From an uncultured Deinococcaceae bacterium (GTDB taxonomy: Bacteria > Deinococcota > Deinococci > Deinococcales > Deinococcaceae), in the NCBI GenBank assembly GCA_964252075.1, contig CAXULY010000008.1, forward strand, positions 32,001 to 96,000: 64,000 nucleotides of DNA, read 5' to 3'. Positions within the stretch are counted from its first letter, which is position 1, and each line of letters begins with the position of its first letter. The position numbers and the translations under genes are program-made. The notes beneath the pieces are model-generated. The model saw only the letters and a program-made list of their open reading frames with translations. It did not search any database and had not been told where the DNA came from. This document shows positions 10,606 to 21,232 of the stretch, piece by piece.

Positions 10606-11106
10606 CTAGCGCTTGCGCCAGCCCATGCGGTGATCCGGTCGGATGCCGTCCGCGATCAGGTGCAGCCACTGACTCACGTAGTACCCGGCGAGCAGCGGCA
10701 CGCCCTCCAGCCACGTGAGGCGGTACGGCAGCGGCGGCAGGCGCAGGCCCGGCAGCAGGTACCACCACAACCCCACCACGAGGCCCGCGATCACGCCGAG
10801 GTACACCAGCCGCGTGAGCGGCCCCACGATCCACGAGTGGCTCAGGCCCCGGTGCGAGAACATCATGCCGTACGGCACCCATAAGAACCCCAGGAACCCC
10901 CACGCGCGCTTGCTGCTCACGTGCCCCTCCGCGAGGTCAAGGTCCGGGGAGAGCAGGAAGGTGCCCACGAAGAAACCGAGGGTGAAGCCCACCGCCTGCA
11001 CGGCGCTGATGGGCCACAGGCCCGCGCGCTGCACGTACAGGGCGGCGGCGGCCAGCACCACGAAACTGACGAGGTTGATGGAGTTATGAACGCGACCACT
11101 GGGCAC
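10606..11106 (-). CDS. DUF2227 family putative metal-binding membrane protein
   Basis: MPSGRVH, LSPDLD, HRGLSH and WLHLIAD motifs. Confidence 0.85.
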   Translation of the reverse strand: MPSGRVHNSINLVSFVVLAAAALYVQRAGLWPISAVQAVGFTLGFFVGTFLLSPDLDLAEGHVSSKRAWGFLGFLWVPYGMMFSHRGLSHSWIVGPLTRLVYLGVIAGLVVGLWWYLLPGLRLPPLPYRLTWLEGVPLLAGYYVSQWLHLIADGIRPDHRMGWRKR

Positions 11107-11140
11107 GCGCGTATTCTGCCACGGGCGAAGCGCCCGGCGC

Positions 11141-11455
11141 TCAGCGTTTGCCGCGCCGCAGGAAACTCAGCCAGCCCGCCCGCTCCGGGTTCTTCTGCGG
11201 CGCGAAATCCTCCAGCCGGATCTCCGGCTCCGGGTGGGCGGCCGCCTCCCAACCGAGCGTGGTGTGAATCAGGCCGCCGAAGCGCCCTGCGCAGTACACG
11301 GCGTGATCGTGCTCGGCCGCCGCGTTCCCGATCGCGCGCGGGTCCACGAGGCTCTGCAGCATGGCCTGCAGGCTGTCGTCATCACAACGCCACACCCCGG
11401 CCTCGAACACGGCTTCTTTCCCGTAAATGCGGATTCTGGCGGACATGCACTCCAT
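11141..11455 (-). CDS. Hypothetical protein
   Basis: Plausible ~100-aa ORF with host-like codon usage. The start may be the second ATG (11446). Confidence 0.6.
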   Translation of the reverse strand: MECMSARIRIYGKEAVFEAGVWRCDDDSLQAMLQSLVDPRAIGNAAAEHDHAVYCAGRFGGLIHTTLGWEAAAHPEPEIRLEDFAPQKNPERAGWLSFLRRGKR

Positions 11456-11587
11456 CTCGCGTCAACTCGGGCGCACTCAAGCAAAGGGGAAGGGCGGACT
11501 GCCCCGCTCTGGATTGTCTGACCCCTCCACCATACCGCAGCGCGGGCCGCCTGTGACAGGGATGGCGCCCGCGCCTTACAGTGGGGC

Positions 11588-12013
11588 ATGAAGCGTGCCC
11601 TGCTGCTGCTCGCCGTCACGCTCGCCGCGTGCTCCCCCTTCGTGGTGCGGGCGGGCGGAGGGCGCCTCGTCGCGAACGCCAGCGCGGACGGCCAGACGTA
11701 CGCCTTCGACTGCGACCCGGCAGGACAGGGCGGGCGCGCCATCAACCTGAACGCGAACCTCGTGCGCTTCGGCTGCCCCTCCGTGGACGGCGCGGCGCGC
11801 CTGAGCGTCACGATCCGCCGCTCGGAGCCTGCGGGCGCCCAAGCGGTCCTCACGGTGGTTGGCGCGGACGGCGCTCCCGTGGCGCGCACCGAGCCCCTGG
11901 TGTTCTCCCAGCTGAACTGGAGCGCCCTCCCCACGGGCGCCAGCCTCAGCGGGAACTTCACGGCCGTCGGCGCGTTCAGCGCGGGTGGGCGCTTCGATCT
12001 CGCCGCGCGGTGA
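11588..12013 (+). CDS. Predicted lipoprotein
   Basis: MKRALLLLAVTLAA-C lipobox. ATG lies 5 nt after TACAGT. Confidence 0.8.
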   Translation: MKRALLLLAVTLAACSPFVVRAGGGRLVANASADGQTYAFDCDPAGQGGRAINLNANLVRFGCPSVDGAARLSVTIRRSEPAGAQAVLTVVGADGAPVARTEPLVFSQLNWSALPTGASLSGNFTAVGAFSAGGRFDLAAR

Positions 12014-12336
12014 GCGCCCCGTCACGGCAAGCGGTCACTCAACCCTGATGGGTGCGCCCGGGGCGTCCGGGCGCATCTTGGACCGAGGGGCAAACAGCAG
12101 CAGCGCTCCAGTCGTGACTGGCGCTCCAGCCTGTGAGGCCGCCACGACGCGGGCAGGACGGCACGCGCCCGTGCCGCGGGCATCCCGCGCTCGACCATCG
12201 TGGTGCCGGTGGCTGAGTAAAGGCCAGGAGCGCGCATTCCAGGGTGTGAAGCTTCACGCGCCGTGGGGGTGTCCACACGAACGTCCTGAACGCACTCCTA
12301 CTCACTGTTCAAGCGCAGTACCGCCCTGTCGTGCGA

Positions 12337-13044
12337 TTAGAGGGACTCGGGGCTCACGAGCAGGGGGGACTCCACCTCGAAAGCCTCGCAGTACCGTTTC
12401 CCCACGAAGGTGCCCCAGTAACTCAGGCGCGCGCGGCGGCGCTCCACCACCTCCGGCGTCACGGTCTCCGACACGTACGGCCCGCCGAACTGACTGGCGT
12501 GCGCACGCACCGCGGCCTCCCAGGTGTCCTGCACGTCCTCCACGTCCACCAGCAGGGTCGGTTCGATGTTCGCGTTCCCCTGGTACAGCAGCACCCTGGT
12601 GACGCGGTGCGGCGGGCCCAGCACGTCCGCCTTCGCGAGCGCTGCGAGGTGCACCGCACGCTTCGCGAGGTGATACGCGCCGAAGTGATCCGGGTGGCGG
12701 TCGCGCGGGTGCGGCACCACCAGCGTCACGGGCCGCACGGCGCGCAGCGCGGTGGCCAGTGCGCGCGCCTGCTCCGGTACGTCGCCCAGGCCGCCGTCCG
12801 GCAGGCCCAACTGGCCCCGCCACGCGAGCCCCATGATGTCCGCGGCGGTCACGCACTCGCGCTCACGGGTGTCCGGGTCGCCCAGGGTGCCGCCCTCGCC
12901 GCGCGTGAGTTCCAGCACGCCCACCGCCTCCCCGGCGCGCGCGAGGCGGATCAGGGTGCCGCCCACCCCGATCTCCGCGTCGTCCGGGTGGGGTGCCAGC
13001 GCCAGCCATGAGAGCGCCCGCGCGCGGCCCCAGGTGGTGTTCAT
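12337..13044 (-). CDS. bshB1: Bacillithiol biosynthesis deacetylase BshB1 (PIG-L family)
   Basis: [24 protein letters not shown] and AHASQF. Confidence 0.85.
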   Translation of the reverse strand: MNTTWGRARALSWLALAPHPDDAEIGVGGTLIRLARAGEAVGVLELTRGEGGTLGDPDTRERECVTAADIMGLAWRGQLGLPDGGLGDVPEQARALATALRAVRPVTLVVPHPRDRHPDHFGAYHLAKRAVHLAALAKADVLGPPHRVTRVLLYQGNANIEPTLLVDVEDVQDTWEAAVRAHASQFGGPYVSETVTPEVVERRRARLSYWGTFVGKRYCEAFEVESPLLVSPESL

Positions 13045-13646
13045 GACGTGCGGGGCGGCGCGACCGCCTTCTCACCGAAGCGCCGCTCCGTGCCGCGCGT
13101 GAGCCGCTGCATGTTGTCGCGGTGCTGCCAGATCAGCAGCAGCGCCAGGAAGGCCAGCAGCGCGCGTTCCCACCAGGGGCGCGGCAGGCTGAGCGCCATC
13201 ACCACCACGGACACCGCGCCCAGAATGCTGCCCGCCGACACGAAACGCGTGAGCACCATGGTGGCGAGCCCGATCACCAGCACGCCCAGCCCGATCACCG
13301 GGTCGATCGCCAGGATGGTCCCGAAGCTCGTCGCGACGCCCTTGCCGCCCCTGAAGCGCAGGAACACGCTGAAGTTGTGCCCCACCACCGCCGCGACGCC
13401 GCACAGCGCCGCCACGACGTCACCGAGGCCGAAGGTGCGGGCCAGCCACACCGCGAGCGCGCCCTTGAGGATGTCGAAGGCGGCGACCAGCAGGCCCGGA
13501 CCCCAGCCCAGCGAGCGCTGCACGTTGGTGGCGCCGGAATTGCCGCTGCCGACCTTGCGGATGTCCACGCCGCGGGCGCGGGCGACGATGGTGGCGGCGG
13601 GAATGGCGCCCAGCAGGTAGGCCAGCACCAGTGCGAGAACGGTCAC
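13041..13646 (-). CDS. plsY: Glycerol-3-phosphate acyltransferase PlsY
   Basis: [38 protein letters not shown] and [11 protein letters not shown] lies 7 nt after TAGAAT. Confidence 0.95.
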   Translation of the reverse strand: MTVLALVLAYLLGAIPAATIVARARGVDIRKVGSGNSGATNVQRSLGWGPGLLVAAFDILKGALAVWLARTFGLGDVVAALCGVAAVVGHNFSVFLRFRGGKGVATSFGTILAIDPVIGLGVLVIGLATMVLTRFVSAGSILGAVSVVVMALSLPRPWWERALLAFLALLLIWQHRDNMQRLTRGTERRFGEKAVAPPRTS

Positions 13647-13746
13647 GCCCTGGATTCTAGTGCGACTCCCGTGGGGCCGTCGCGTGGCCAGCGGGGTGTG
13701 ACGCGCCCCGCAACCCGCGCGCCGCCGGACGCGTACCCTGTTCGAG

Positions 13747-14250
13747 ATGCAGCGCGTTCCTTCCTCCCGTCCGCCCCGCTCCACCGCCCCGCAGGTGGGT
13801 CGGCAGCACGCCGCGGCCTTCTGGCTGCTCACCGCCTACAAGGCCCTCGCGGCCCTGGTGGTGCTCGCCGCCGGGCTGTACGTGCTGCTGCACGCGGGCG
13901 ACCTGCGCGCGTCCCTCACGGCGCTCGCCGCGAACTGGACGGGGCGCGGCGGCCTCGCCGCGTGGTCGGGCGGCGTGATGGGCGGCGCGGTGAGCGGTCT
14001 GCCGGAGCGCGGCTTCACCGCGACCGGCGTGCTGCTGCTCGTGGACGGCCTGCTGCTGGCGCTCACGGCGGTGGCGCTCGCGCGGCGCTCGCCGGCGGCG
14101 CGCGGGCTGGTCCTCGCGGCGATCATCGTGCCGTTGCTGCCGGAGGTGTACCTCCTGACGCGGCACGTGCGCCTCGGTGAGGTGCTCGCGCTCCTCGTGA
14201 ACCTCGGCATCCTCGCGTACGTGTGGCGGTACTACCCGCGCCACCACTAG
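13747..14250 (+). CDS. DUF2127-like membrane protein
   Basis: YKAL...G, several TM segments and LPEVY...[10 protein letters not shown]. Confidence 0.65.
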   Translation: MQRVPSSRPPRSTAPQVGRQHAAAFWLLTAYKALAALVVLAAGLYVLLHAGDLRASLTALAANWTGRGGLAAWSGGVMGGAVSGLPERGFTATGVLLLVDGLLLALTAVALARRSPAARGLVLAAIIVPLLPEVYLLTRHVRLGEVLALLVNLGILAYVWRYYPRHH

Positions 14251-14364
14251 GGCGCGCCAGACCGTAGCGGAAGCTACACAACGAGCGTTTTTCCGCCTGA
14301 ACCTCAGCAGATGCACGGCAGACTTAACCCACGCTCAGACACCAGTTGATAGGGTGCTCCCTGC

Positions 14365-15858
14365 ATGCGGGCCCCCACCCCCAGCAGTGAAACGGCGCGG
14401 CTCACGGCGCTCAAACGTTACGGCGTGCTCGACACGCCCAGCGAGGCCGCCTTCAACCGCATCACGCGCCTCACCGCGCAGGTGCTGAGTGTGCCGGTCG
14501 CCGCCGTGAACTTCGTGGACTCTGACCGCGTGTGGACGAAATCCTGCGTGGGCGCCCCGGCCGGTGGCGCCGCGCCGCGCGACGGGTCCTTCTGCGCCTG
14601 GACCATCCTCGCGGACGACGTGATGGTCGTGCCGGACGCCACGCGCGACCCGCGCTTCGCGCAGCACCCCACGGTGCAGGGCGAGCCGCGCCTTCACCTG
14701 TACGCGGGCGCACCCCTCATCACGCCGGACGGTCAGCGCATCGGAACGCTGAGCGTCACCGACACGCGCCCCCGCGACTTCGGGCCGCGCGAGCGCGAGA
14801 TCCTCGCGGCCCTCGCGGCGATCGTGGTGGACGAGCTGCGGCTGCGCCTGCGCGAGCAGGAGGTGCGGCGCTCCGAGCGCTTCGCCCTCACGCAGGCGGA
14901 CATCGCGCGCCTCAGCAGCACTCTCAGCCCCGAACCGCTCGCGGTGCAGGCGTTCGAGCGGCTCGCGGCGGAACTGGACGTGGACCTGAGCGTGCTCGTC
15001 CGGCACCGTGACGGCGAGCCCCGCATCTTCCGCGCGTGGTCGGACGCGCGCCTCCCGCCGCACTTCATGGCGCTCGCGGCGCGCGGCCTCGCCGCCGGGC
15101 GCGCGGTGCTCTCAGAGGCGGTGCGTCAACGCCTGCGCGCCTACACCGACGACTACCCCCACCACCCCTTCGCCGTCCCCGCCTTCCGAGAGGCGGGCTT
15201 TCAGTCCGTGGCGTGGCTGCACCTGGGCGCGCAGGGCCCCACCGATTACGTCTTCATTGCCGTGCGGCTGCACGGCGGCCCCCCCTGGCAGCGCGACGAA
15301 CGCCAGCTGATGGAGGCCGCCGCGCACAGCCTCGCGCTGGCACTGGAGCGCGAGGAGCGCCTGCGTGACATGCACAGCGCCGCCTACAGTGACGCGCTGA
15401 CGGGCCTCGCGAACCGCCGGGCCTTCGAGGCGGCGCTCGACGCGCTGGACGCGGGCAGTGAGCCGTACAGCGTGGCCGTCATTGACCTGGACGGCATGAA
15501 GCGCGTGAACGACGCCGAGGGCCACGCGCGCGGCGACGCGCTGCTCTCCACCTTCGGGCGGGCGCTCACCGAGAACCTGCGCAGCACCGACCGCGTGTAC
15601 CGCTTGGGCGGCGACGAGTACGCGGTGCTGCTGCGCCACCCGGATGCCCAGCAGAACCCCGACAGCATTCACTCCGCCGTGGCGCGGCACGTGGGGGCCG
15701 CCGTAGACACCACGCGCGGCGCGGGTTTCGCGGCGATCTCCGCGTGCGTCGGGTGGGCCCACGCGCCGAGTGATGGCCTGGAGCCCGCCGCGCTGGTGCG
15801 CCTCGCGGACGAACGTATGTACGAGCAGAAGCGCGCCCGCCCCCAGCCGCCGCGCTGA
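14365..15858 (+). CDS. GAF-GAF-GGDEF diguanylate cyclase
   Basis: GAF (LDTPSE, SFCAWTI, YAGAPL), a second GAF-like region, DALTGLANRR, IDLDGMKRVND...GHARGD and RLGGDEY. Confidence 0.92.
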   Translation: MRAPTPSSETARLTALKRYGVLDTPSEAAFNRITRLTAQVLSVPVAAVNFVDSDRVWTKSCVGAPAGGAAPRDGSFCAWTILADDVMVVPDATRDPRFAQHPTVQGEPRLHLYAGAPLITPDGQRIGTLSVTDTRPRDFGPREREILAALAAIVVDELRLRLREQEVRRSERFALTQADIARLSSTLSPEPLAVQAFERLAAELDVDLSVLVRHRDGEPRIFRAWSDARLPPHFMALAARGLAAGRAVLSEAVRQRLRAYTDDYPHHPFAVPAFREAGFQSVAWLHLGAQGPTDYVFIAVRLHGGPPWQRDERQLMEAAAHSLALALEREERLRDMHSAAYSDALTGLANRRAFEAALDALDAGSEPYSVAVIDLDGMKRVNDAEGHARGDALLSTFGRALTENLRSTDRVYRLGGDEYAVLLRHPDAQQNPDSIHSAVARHVGAAVDTTRGAGFAAISACVGWAHAPSDGLEPAALVRLADERMYEQKRARPQPPR

Positions 15859-15981
15859 GTCCGCAGCGGTTCATGTCGGTGGCGGGGCTCAGGGTGTAGG
15901 CTCACGCCACGCGGCCGGCGTCCCGGGCCGTCCACATGAACGCCGCGCAGGTCTCCCGCCGTGGCGCGGGAGGTGAGAGAC

Positions 15982-16316
15982 ATGCAGCTTCGTTTCCACT
16001 TCGTCTCGCGGCTGGTCGCTGATCTCTCCTAAAGTGCCTGGGCGTTCGTGCTGGCGTTCTCCAGCGTGCTGGTGTGGCTCGTGACGGGCTCGCTCTTCCG
16101 ATGCTCGGACGGCTGGCAGCTCGTCATCGACACGGGCACCGCCTCCTGATGGTGTTCGTCATTCAGAACGCCCAGAACGAGGACATGCGAGAGCAGCACG
16201 CCAAACGCGACCCGGTGCTCGTGGAACTGCGCGCGCAGCGCGGCGCGCACCTCGATGCGGACCTGCTCGGCATGAGCCCCGTGCCGCTGCTGGAGGATGT
16301 GAGCGCCGGTAATTGA
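15982..16316 (+). pseudogene. Disrupted low-affinity iron permease (Fet4-like) gene
   Basis: SD GGAGGT then [19 protein letters not shown], an in-frame TAA (16030-16032), then SAWAFVLA...VTG...[12 protein letters not shown]. After a frameshift near 16141 it continues [12 protein letters not shown], matching the family motif WQLVINTGTT...FLMVFLIQNTQN. Confidence 0.85.
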
Positions 16317-16573
16317 AGAACCGTTCAGTGTGCATTCTGCCCGCCGCCCGTGATCCGGCCTCCCGCACTGGAGGCCGGATGGCTGTGTTGGGGGCGGGGC
16401 TGGTCACGTGGCCCCCAAACGGCGGGCGCTCCTGGCGTATACTGATCCGTTGAGCGCGACTGAGCCCACAGGGCCAGCGCCGCCGGGGCCGAGCGGGGCG
16501 CCCCACCACGGAGCGCGGTGCCCGCACGCGGGCGCGAGGCTCCGATCTCACCTCCTGCCCCCACAAGGAGTGC

Positions 16574-17995
16574 ATGACCGACGTACAGAACCCGCCCACG
16601 GCGGGCAAGAAAGTGGGCTTCATCAGCCTGGGCTGCCCCAAGGCGCTCGTGGACAGCGAACGCATCCTCACGCAACTGCGCGCCGAGGGCTACGAGGTCG
16701 CGCCCAGTTACGAGAGCGCCGACACCGTCATCGTGAACACCTGCGGCTTCATCACGCCCGCCGTTGAGGAGTCCCTGGACGCCATCGGTGAGGCCCTGGA
16801 CGCCACCGGGCGCGTCATCGTGACGGGCTGCCTCGGAGAGCGCCCCGAGACCATCCGCGAGCGCTTCCCGAAGGTCGCCGCGATCACCGGCTCTGAAGCG
16901 GTGGATGACGTGATGGCCGCCGTGCGCGAACTCATCCCGCCGGACGAGAACCCCTTCACCAGCCTGATCCCGCTGCCCGCCTCCGGGGTGAAGCTCACGC
17001 CGCGCCACTACAGCTACCTGAAGATTGCGGAGGGCTGCAACCACACCTGCGCGTTCTGCATCATCCCGAAGCTGCGCGGCCTGCAGGTGTCGCGCGACGC
17101 GGGCGAGGTGCTGTACGAGGCCTTCCGGCTCATCGCGTCCGGCACGCGGGAACTCGTGGTAATCTCGCAGGACACCAGTGCCTACGGCGTGGACGTGCGT
17201 TACCGCGAGAGCGAATTCCAGGGTGAGCAGGTGCGCGCGCACCTCACGGACCTCGCCGTGAAGCTCGGCGAGATGGGCGCCTGGGTGCGCATGCACTACA
17301 TCTACCCGTACCCGCACGTGGACCGTGTGGTGGAACTCATGGCTCAGGGCAAAATTCTCCCGTACCTCGACGTGCCCCTGCAGCACGCCAGCCCCCGCAT
17401 CCTGAAGCTCATGCGGCGCCCCGGCGCGGGCAAGCAGCTGGACACCATCCGCCGCTGGCGCGAGATCTGCCCGGACATCACGCTGCGCTCCACCTTCATC
17501 GTGGGTTTCCCCGGCGAGACCGAGGAGGACTTCCAGCTGCTGCTGGACTTCCTGGAGGAGGCGCGCCTGGACCGCGTGGGGGCGTTCACGTACTCCGAGG
17601 TGCAGGAGGCGGACGCCACGCACTTCGAGGGCCGCGTGCCGGAGGCCGTGAAGGAGGCGCGCCTCGCGCGCTTCATGGAGGTCGCGCAGCGCATCAGCGC
17701 GGAGAAGCTGCGCGAGAAGGTGGGCCGCACGATGGACGTCATCATCGACGAGTACAACGACGAGGACGGCGACCTGCCCGGCAGCAAGCTGATCGGGCGC
17801 ACGAAGGGCGATGCGCCCGGCATTGACGGTCAGGTGTACCTCGCGGCGGGCGCCCTCGCGGGCACCGTGAAGATCGGGGACATCGTGGAGGCCTTCATCG
17901 AGGACGCCGACGAGTACGACCTCTTCGGCGAGGTGCGCGCCGTGAAGCCCTGGGCGCCGAACGTGCCGCTGCTGGGCCGCCTGCCCGTCCACTGA
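16574..17995 (+). CDS. rimO: Ribosomal protein S12 methylthiotransferase RimO
   Basis: [18 protein letters not shown], radical-[11 protein letters not shown] and a C-terminal TRAM domain with DAPGIDG. Confidence 0.97.
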   Translation: MTDVQNPPTAGKKVGFISLGCPKALVDSERILTQLRAEGYEVAPSYESADTVIVNTCGFITPAVEESLDAIGEALDATGRVIVTGCLGERPETIRERFPKVAAITGSEAVDDVMAAVRELIPPDENPFTSLIPLPASGVKLTPRHYSYLKIAEGCNHTCAFCIIPKLRGLQVSRDAGEVLYEAFRLIASGTRELVVISQDTSAYGVDVRYRESEFQGEQVRAHLTDLAVKLGEMGAWVRMHYIYPYPHVDRVVELMAQGKILPYLDVPLQHASPRILKLMRRPGAGKQLDTIRRWREICPDITLRSTFIVGFPGETEEDFQLLLDFLEEARLDRVGAFTYSEVQEADATHFEGRVPEAVKEARLARFMEVAQRISAEKLREKVGRTMDVIIDEYNDEDGDLPGSKLIGRTKGDAPGIDGQVYLAAGALAGTVKIGDIVEAFIEDADEYDLFGEVRAVKPWAPNVPLLGRLPVH

Positions 17996-18008
17996 GCGAA
18001 CGCATCCA

Positions 18009-18047
18009 CGAGGAACCCCGTCCTTCGGTCCAGGACGGGGTTCCTCG
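18009..18047 (+). terminator. Hairpin after rimO
   Basis: 16-bp perfect stem CGAGGAACCCCGTCCT/AGGACGGGGTTCCTCG, with no clear U-tract. Confidence 0.6.
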
Positions 18048-18115
18048 CTGCATGTCCGCTGACACTCCGCTACAGTGAACGTAAAGCCCACCTGAAGACC
18101 CCGTGAGGAGACCAC

Positions 18116-18781
18116 ATGAACAGCACCCGCCTCGCCGCCCTCTGCCTGCTGCCCGCCCTGCTCGCCGGGTGCTCGCAGATCGCCCGCTCCGCCGCCGACA
18201 ACCGCCCGGTGGACGTCCTGCACCTCGGCGCGGTGCCCTTCACGGGCACCGTGCGCGCCCTGCCCGCCGCGCAGGGCGTGCGCGCGCAGGCGGACTCCGA
18301 CACGGACCTCACGTACAGCAACCCGTCCGTCGGTGACTTCGACACCAGCTCCATTCCCGGCATCGTGGGGAACCCCTCGCGCGTGGACGTGGACCTCGCC
18401 TTCGAGACCGCGCAGTTCCAGGCGTGCGGCACCCTCCCGGACAGCTTCAGCGTGACCGTCACGCGCTTCCAGGTGCTCGCGGCGGACGCCGTGCACGGCA
18501 GCGCCAGCGCCGACCAGCCGCTGAACGCCCGGCTGGACCTCACGCGCAGCGCGCCCGGCTCGGACACCTACACCGTGAAGTTCGGCGGCGCGACCGCCGC
18601 CATCTTCGGGACGCTCGCGGCGGGCTGGGACAAGTTCGGCCCGATCTTCACGAAGAGCGGCGCGGAGTCCCCCAACAGCGTCACCGCGACCGCCACCGTC
18701 CACGCCGACAACCTCCCCGTCGGCTGCCTCCTGAAGTTCGTGACGCCCGAGAACCTCGTTCAGCGCGTGCGCTTCCAGTAA
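18116..18781 (+). CDS. Predicted lipoprotein
   Basis: Signal peptide with an LLAG-C lipobox and SD GAGGAG. Confidence 0.8.
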   Translation: MNSTRLAALCLLPALLAGCSQIARSAADNRPVDVLHLGAVPFTGTVRALPAAQGVRAQADSDTDLTYSNPSVGDFDTSSIPGIVGNPSRVDVDLAFETAQFQACGTLPDSFSVTVTRFQVLAADAVHGSASADQPLNARLDLTRSAPGSDTYTVKFGGATAAIFGTLAAGWDKFGPIFTKSGAESPNSVTATATVHADNLPVGCLLKFVTPENLVQRVRFQ

Positions 18782-18842
18782 CGCCGCCCGCGCCGCCCCG
18801 GACCCGCGCGTGGGTTCGGGGCGGCGTTGCTACAGTGCGGTC

Positions 18843-19919
18843 ATGCGATCCAGCGTGCGGTGTGCGGCGTTCCTGACCCTCGCTTCCCTGACCGCCCAGG
18901 CGGCCAGCGCGGCCCCCGCCACGCTGTACCGCGGCACCATCGGCGCGCAGGCGGTCGTGCTGAAGCTCGGCGACAACGACGACAGCCGCTACTTCTACGT
19001 GCGGCGCGGCGTGGACCTGCCCCTGCAGGTGCAGGCGCAGGGCGGCGCGCTCGCGCTGACGGAGGTGGTCTCCAGCTTCGATCAGCTGCCCAACGGCGAC
19101 TACGGCAAGGTCACGGGCCGCATGACGCTCACCCGCTCGGCGGGCGGCCTGAGCGGCACGTGGCGCAGCCCGGACGGCGCGCGCCAGCTGCCCGTCCGCC
19201 TGCAGCGCGTGAACGTGCAGGTGGAGCGCCCCGCCCTGCCCCTCACGCCGGGCCTCGTGAAGCTGCGCGCGGAGGACGCCCTGGATTACCTGAAGCTCAA
19301 CCGCCCGCTCGCGCCTGCCCCCGCGAAGTCTGGCCTGAACTGGCTGCAGGAGTCGCTGAGCGGCGTGACGTACCCGCGCCTTCCCGGGCGGGCGGCGGGC
19401 AACGCGGTGCTGCAGGACCGGCAGCTGGACGCGGCGGTGAACGCCCTGCAGTGCCAGTCGGACGTGGGTGACAAGGACGTGGGGCAGCGCGCCTGGGAGC
19501 AGACCACCACCGTCACGTACCTGACCGCGCGCCTGCTGAGCCTCAAGGACGACGTGGGGTACTTCTGCGGCGGCGCGCACCCGGACGCGTACACGGACGG
19601 CCTGATCCTCGACCGCGCGACCGGCCGGGCGCTCGGCGTGCGCGCCCTGTGGCCGCGCCTCACGCCCGCGGCGCTGCACCGCCAGTACCTCGCGGGCTAC
19701 CCGCGCACGCCGGACGACCAGGACTGCGTGGACGCCGTGAAGGACAGTGGCCCGAGCGACGTGAACGACGCCCAGGCGTACACCGCCTTCCTGAGCGCGC
19801 GCGGCCTGACCGTGTGGCCCACCTACCTGCCGCACGTGGCGCTGGCGTGCGCGGAGGAAGTCACGATTCCCTACGTGCGCCTCGCGCCGCTCGCCGGACC
19901 GCTCGCCCCGCGCCGCTGA
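18843..19919 (+). CDS. Secreted protein of unknown function
   Basis: Signal peptide ending ASA-A, a YFCGGAHPD motif and several Cys. ATG lies 6 nt after TACAGT. Confidence 0.75.
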   Translation: MRSSVRCAAFLTLASLTAQAASAAPATLYRGTIGAQAVVLKLGDNDDSRYFYVRRGVDLPLQVQAQGGALALTEVVSSFDQLPNGDYGKVTGRMTLTRSAGGLSGTWRSPDGARQLPVRLQRVNVQVERPALPLTPGLVKLRAEDALDYLKLNRPLAPAPAKSGLNWLQESLSGVTYPRLPGRAAGNAVLQDRQLDAAVNALQCQSDVGDKDVGQRAWEQTTTVTYLTARLLSLKDDVGYFCGGAHPDAYTDGLILDRATGRALGVRALWPRLTPAALHRQYLAGYPRTPDDQDCVDAVKDSGPSDVNDAQAYTAFLSARGLTVWPTYLPHVALACAEEVTIPYVRLAPLAGPLAPRR

Positions 19920-19923
19920 CGCC

Positions 19924-20592
19924 GTGCTGCTCAGCGTCGACTGGGACTGCTACTCAGCGTGCGCGGAGCTGGTGTTCGACGCGCCCATCTGGGGCACCGC
20001 GGACCGCGAGGCGGACCGCCTGGACGCGTGGCGTGCGCGCGCCACGCGGCGCGGCGGCGCGGGTTGGGCGGCCCTCGACGAGGACTTCCCGCTGCTGGGT
20101 GACTGGGCGGCGCTGCGGCGGTACGCGGGCCGCCCGGCCTTCGTGGCGTGGAGTCACGCGCACGCCTGGGGGTGGCTGGAGCGCTTCCCAGGCCGGGAAG
20201 TCCTGAACCTCGACAGCCACCATGACCTCGGGAGCACCAGTGGCGACCCCACGAGGCTCCGCCCCGGCAACTGGGCGGGGCTGGCGCTCGCGCACGGCCT
20301 CGCCCCGCGCTACACCGCGCGCTACCCGGCGTGGCACGCGCACCTGCCGGTGGCGGAGGGGTACGACCTGGACCGCACGCGGGCGGAACTCGCCGCGCGC
20401 CTGCCGCCCGAGGTGCTGCGCCGCGTCACGCTGGAGCGCTCCGACGACCTGCCGGAGCCCGCGCGGGTGGAGGCCGTGCTGCTCGTGCAGTCCCCGGCGT
20501 GGACGAGTCCGGCGCACGACGCGGCCTTCATGACCGTGTGCGGGGCGCTGGCGGCGCAGGAACTCAGCCCGCCGCTCGCGCGGCCCTGGTGA
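19924..20592 (+). CDS. Arginase/UPF0489-like putative metallohydrolase
   Basis: LSVDWD, LNLDSHHD, GNW and SPAW metal-binding-type motifs. Confidence 0.6.
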   Translation: MLLSVDWDCYSACAELVFDAPIWGTADREADRLDAWRARATRRGGAGWAALDEDFPLLGDWAALRRYAGRPAFVAWSHAHAWGWLERFPGREVLNLDSHHDLGSTSGDPTRLRPGNWAGLALAHGLAPRYTARYPAWHAHLPVAEGYDLDRTRAELAARLPPEVLRRVTLERSDDLPEPARVEAVLLVQSPAWTSPAHDAAFMTVCGALAAQELSPPLARPW

Positions 20593-20649
20593 GGGCGCCC
20601 GCCTCCACATCCGGCGCGCTCCCCTGGGTCTTATACTTCTCACCAAGAC

Positions 20650-21099
20650 ATGACCGTTCGCAACGACGCCCCGACCCCGGACGCCCCGCCGTCACCGCCC
20701 ACCTACCACCTCGGCATCTACGCGGTGGTGACGCGCGGCCAGCGGGCCCTCCTGGTGGATTACGTCGGGGGGCGCGCGGGCCTGCCGGGCACCCTGCACA
20801 CCGACCCGCACGCGCCGGTGGAGGAACTGCTGCGTGACGCGATCTTCGCGCAGTCCGGCGTGGCCGTGGACCGCTTCGAACTGCTCGGCAGTTACGCCTT
20901 CACGAACGCGGGCGGCACCCCGCAGCTCAACCTGGTGTTCCTCACCGAGTACGTGAGTGGCGCGATCGGGTCGGCGTCGAACGGCGTGCAGACCGCCACC
21001 TGGATGAGCCTCGTGGAGGTGCGCTGGCACCCGCGCGCCACGGACCTCACGCGGGAAGCCGCGCGCCGCGCCGCCGAGATCCTTCAGCTGCGCCGCTGA
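20650..21099 (+). CDS. Nudix-fold protein with degenerate Nudix box
   Basis: LGIYAVV...ALLV...LPG...SGV...LNLVF pattern, but the REUXEE motif is absent. Confidence 0.55.
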   Translation: MTVRNDAPTPDAPPSPPTYHLGIYAVVTRGQRALLVDYVGGRAGLPGTLHTDPHAPVEELLRDAIFAQSGVAVDRFELLGSYAFTNAGGTPQLNLVFLTEYVSGAIGSASNGVQTATWMSLVEVRWHPRATDLTREAARRAAEILQLRR

Positions 21100-21232
21100 C
21101 CCGCGCCACTCATCGGCCCCGCCTGTCCGCCCGGGCCGGTCCATGAACGCGCGGTGGGCGTCAGCGGGGCGGTGGGCGCAGGCGTCGGCCCACCCCATCC
21201 ACAGGGGCGTCCAAAGGCACTAGAGTGCCGTC

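Noticed and set aside
11461..11481. HspR HAIR-like site (ACTCAAG half-site)
   Set aside because: The other half matches only 3 of 7 positions, and the adjacent gene is not a recognisable heat-shock gene.
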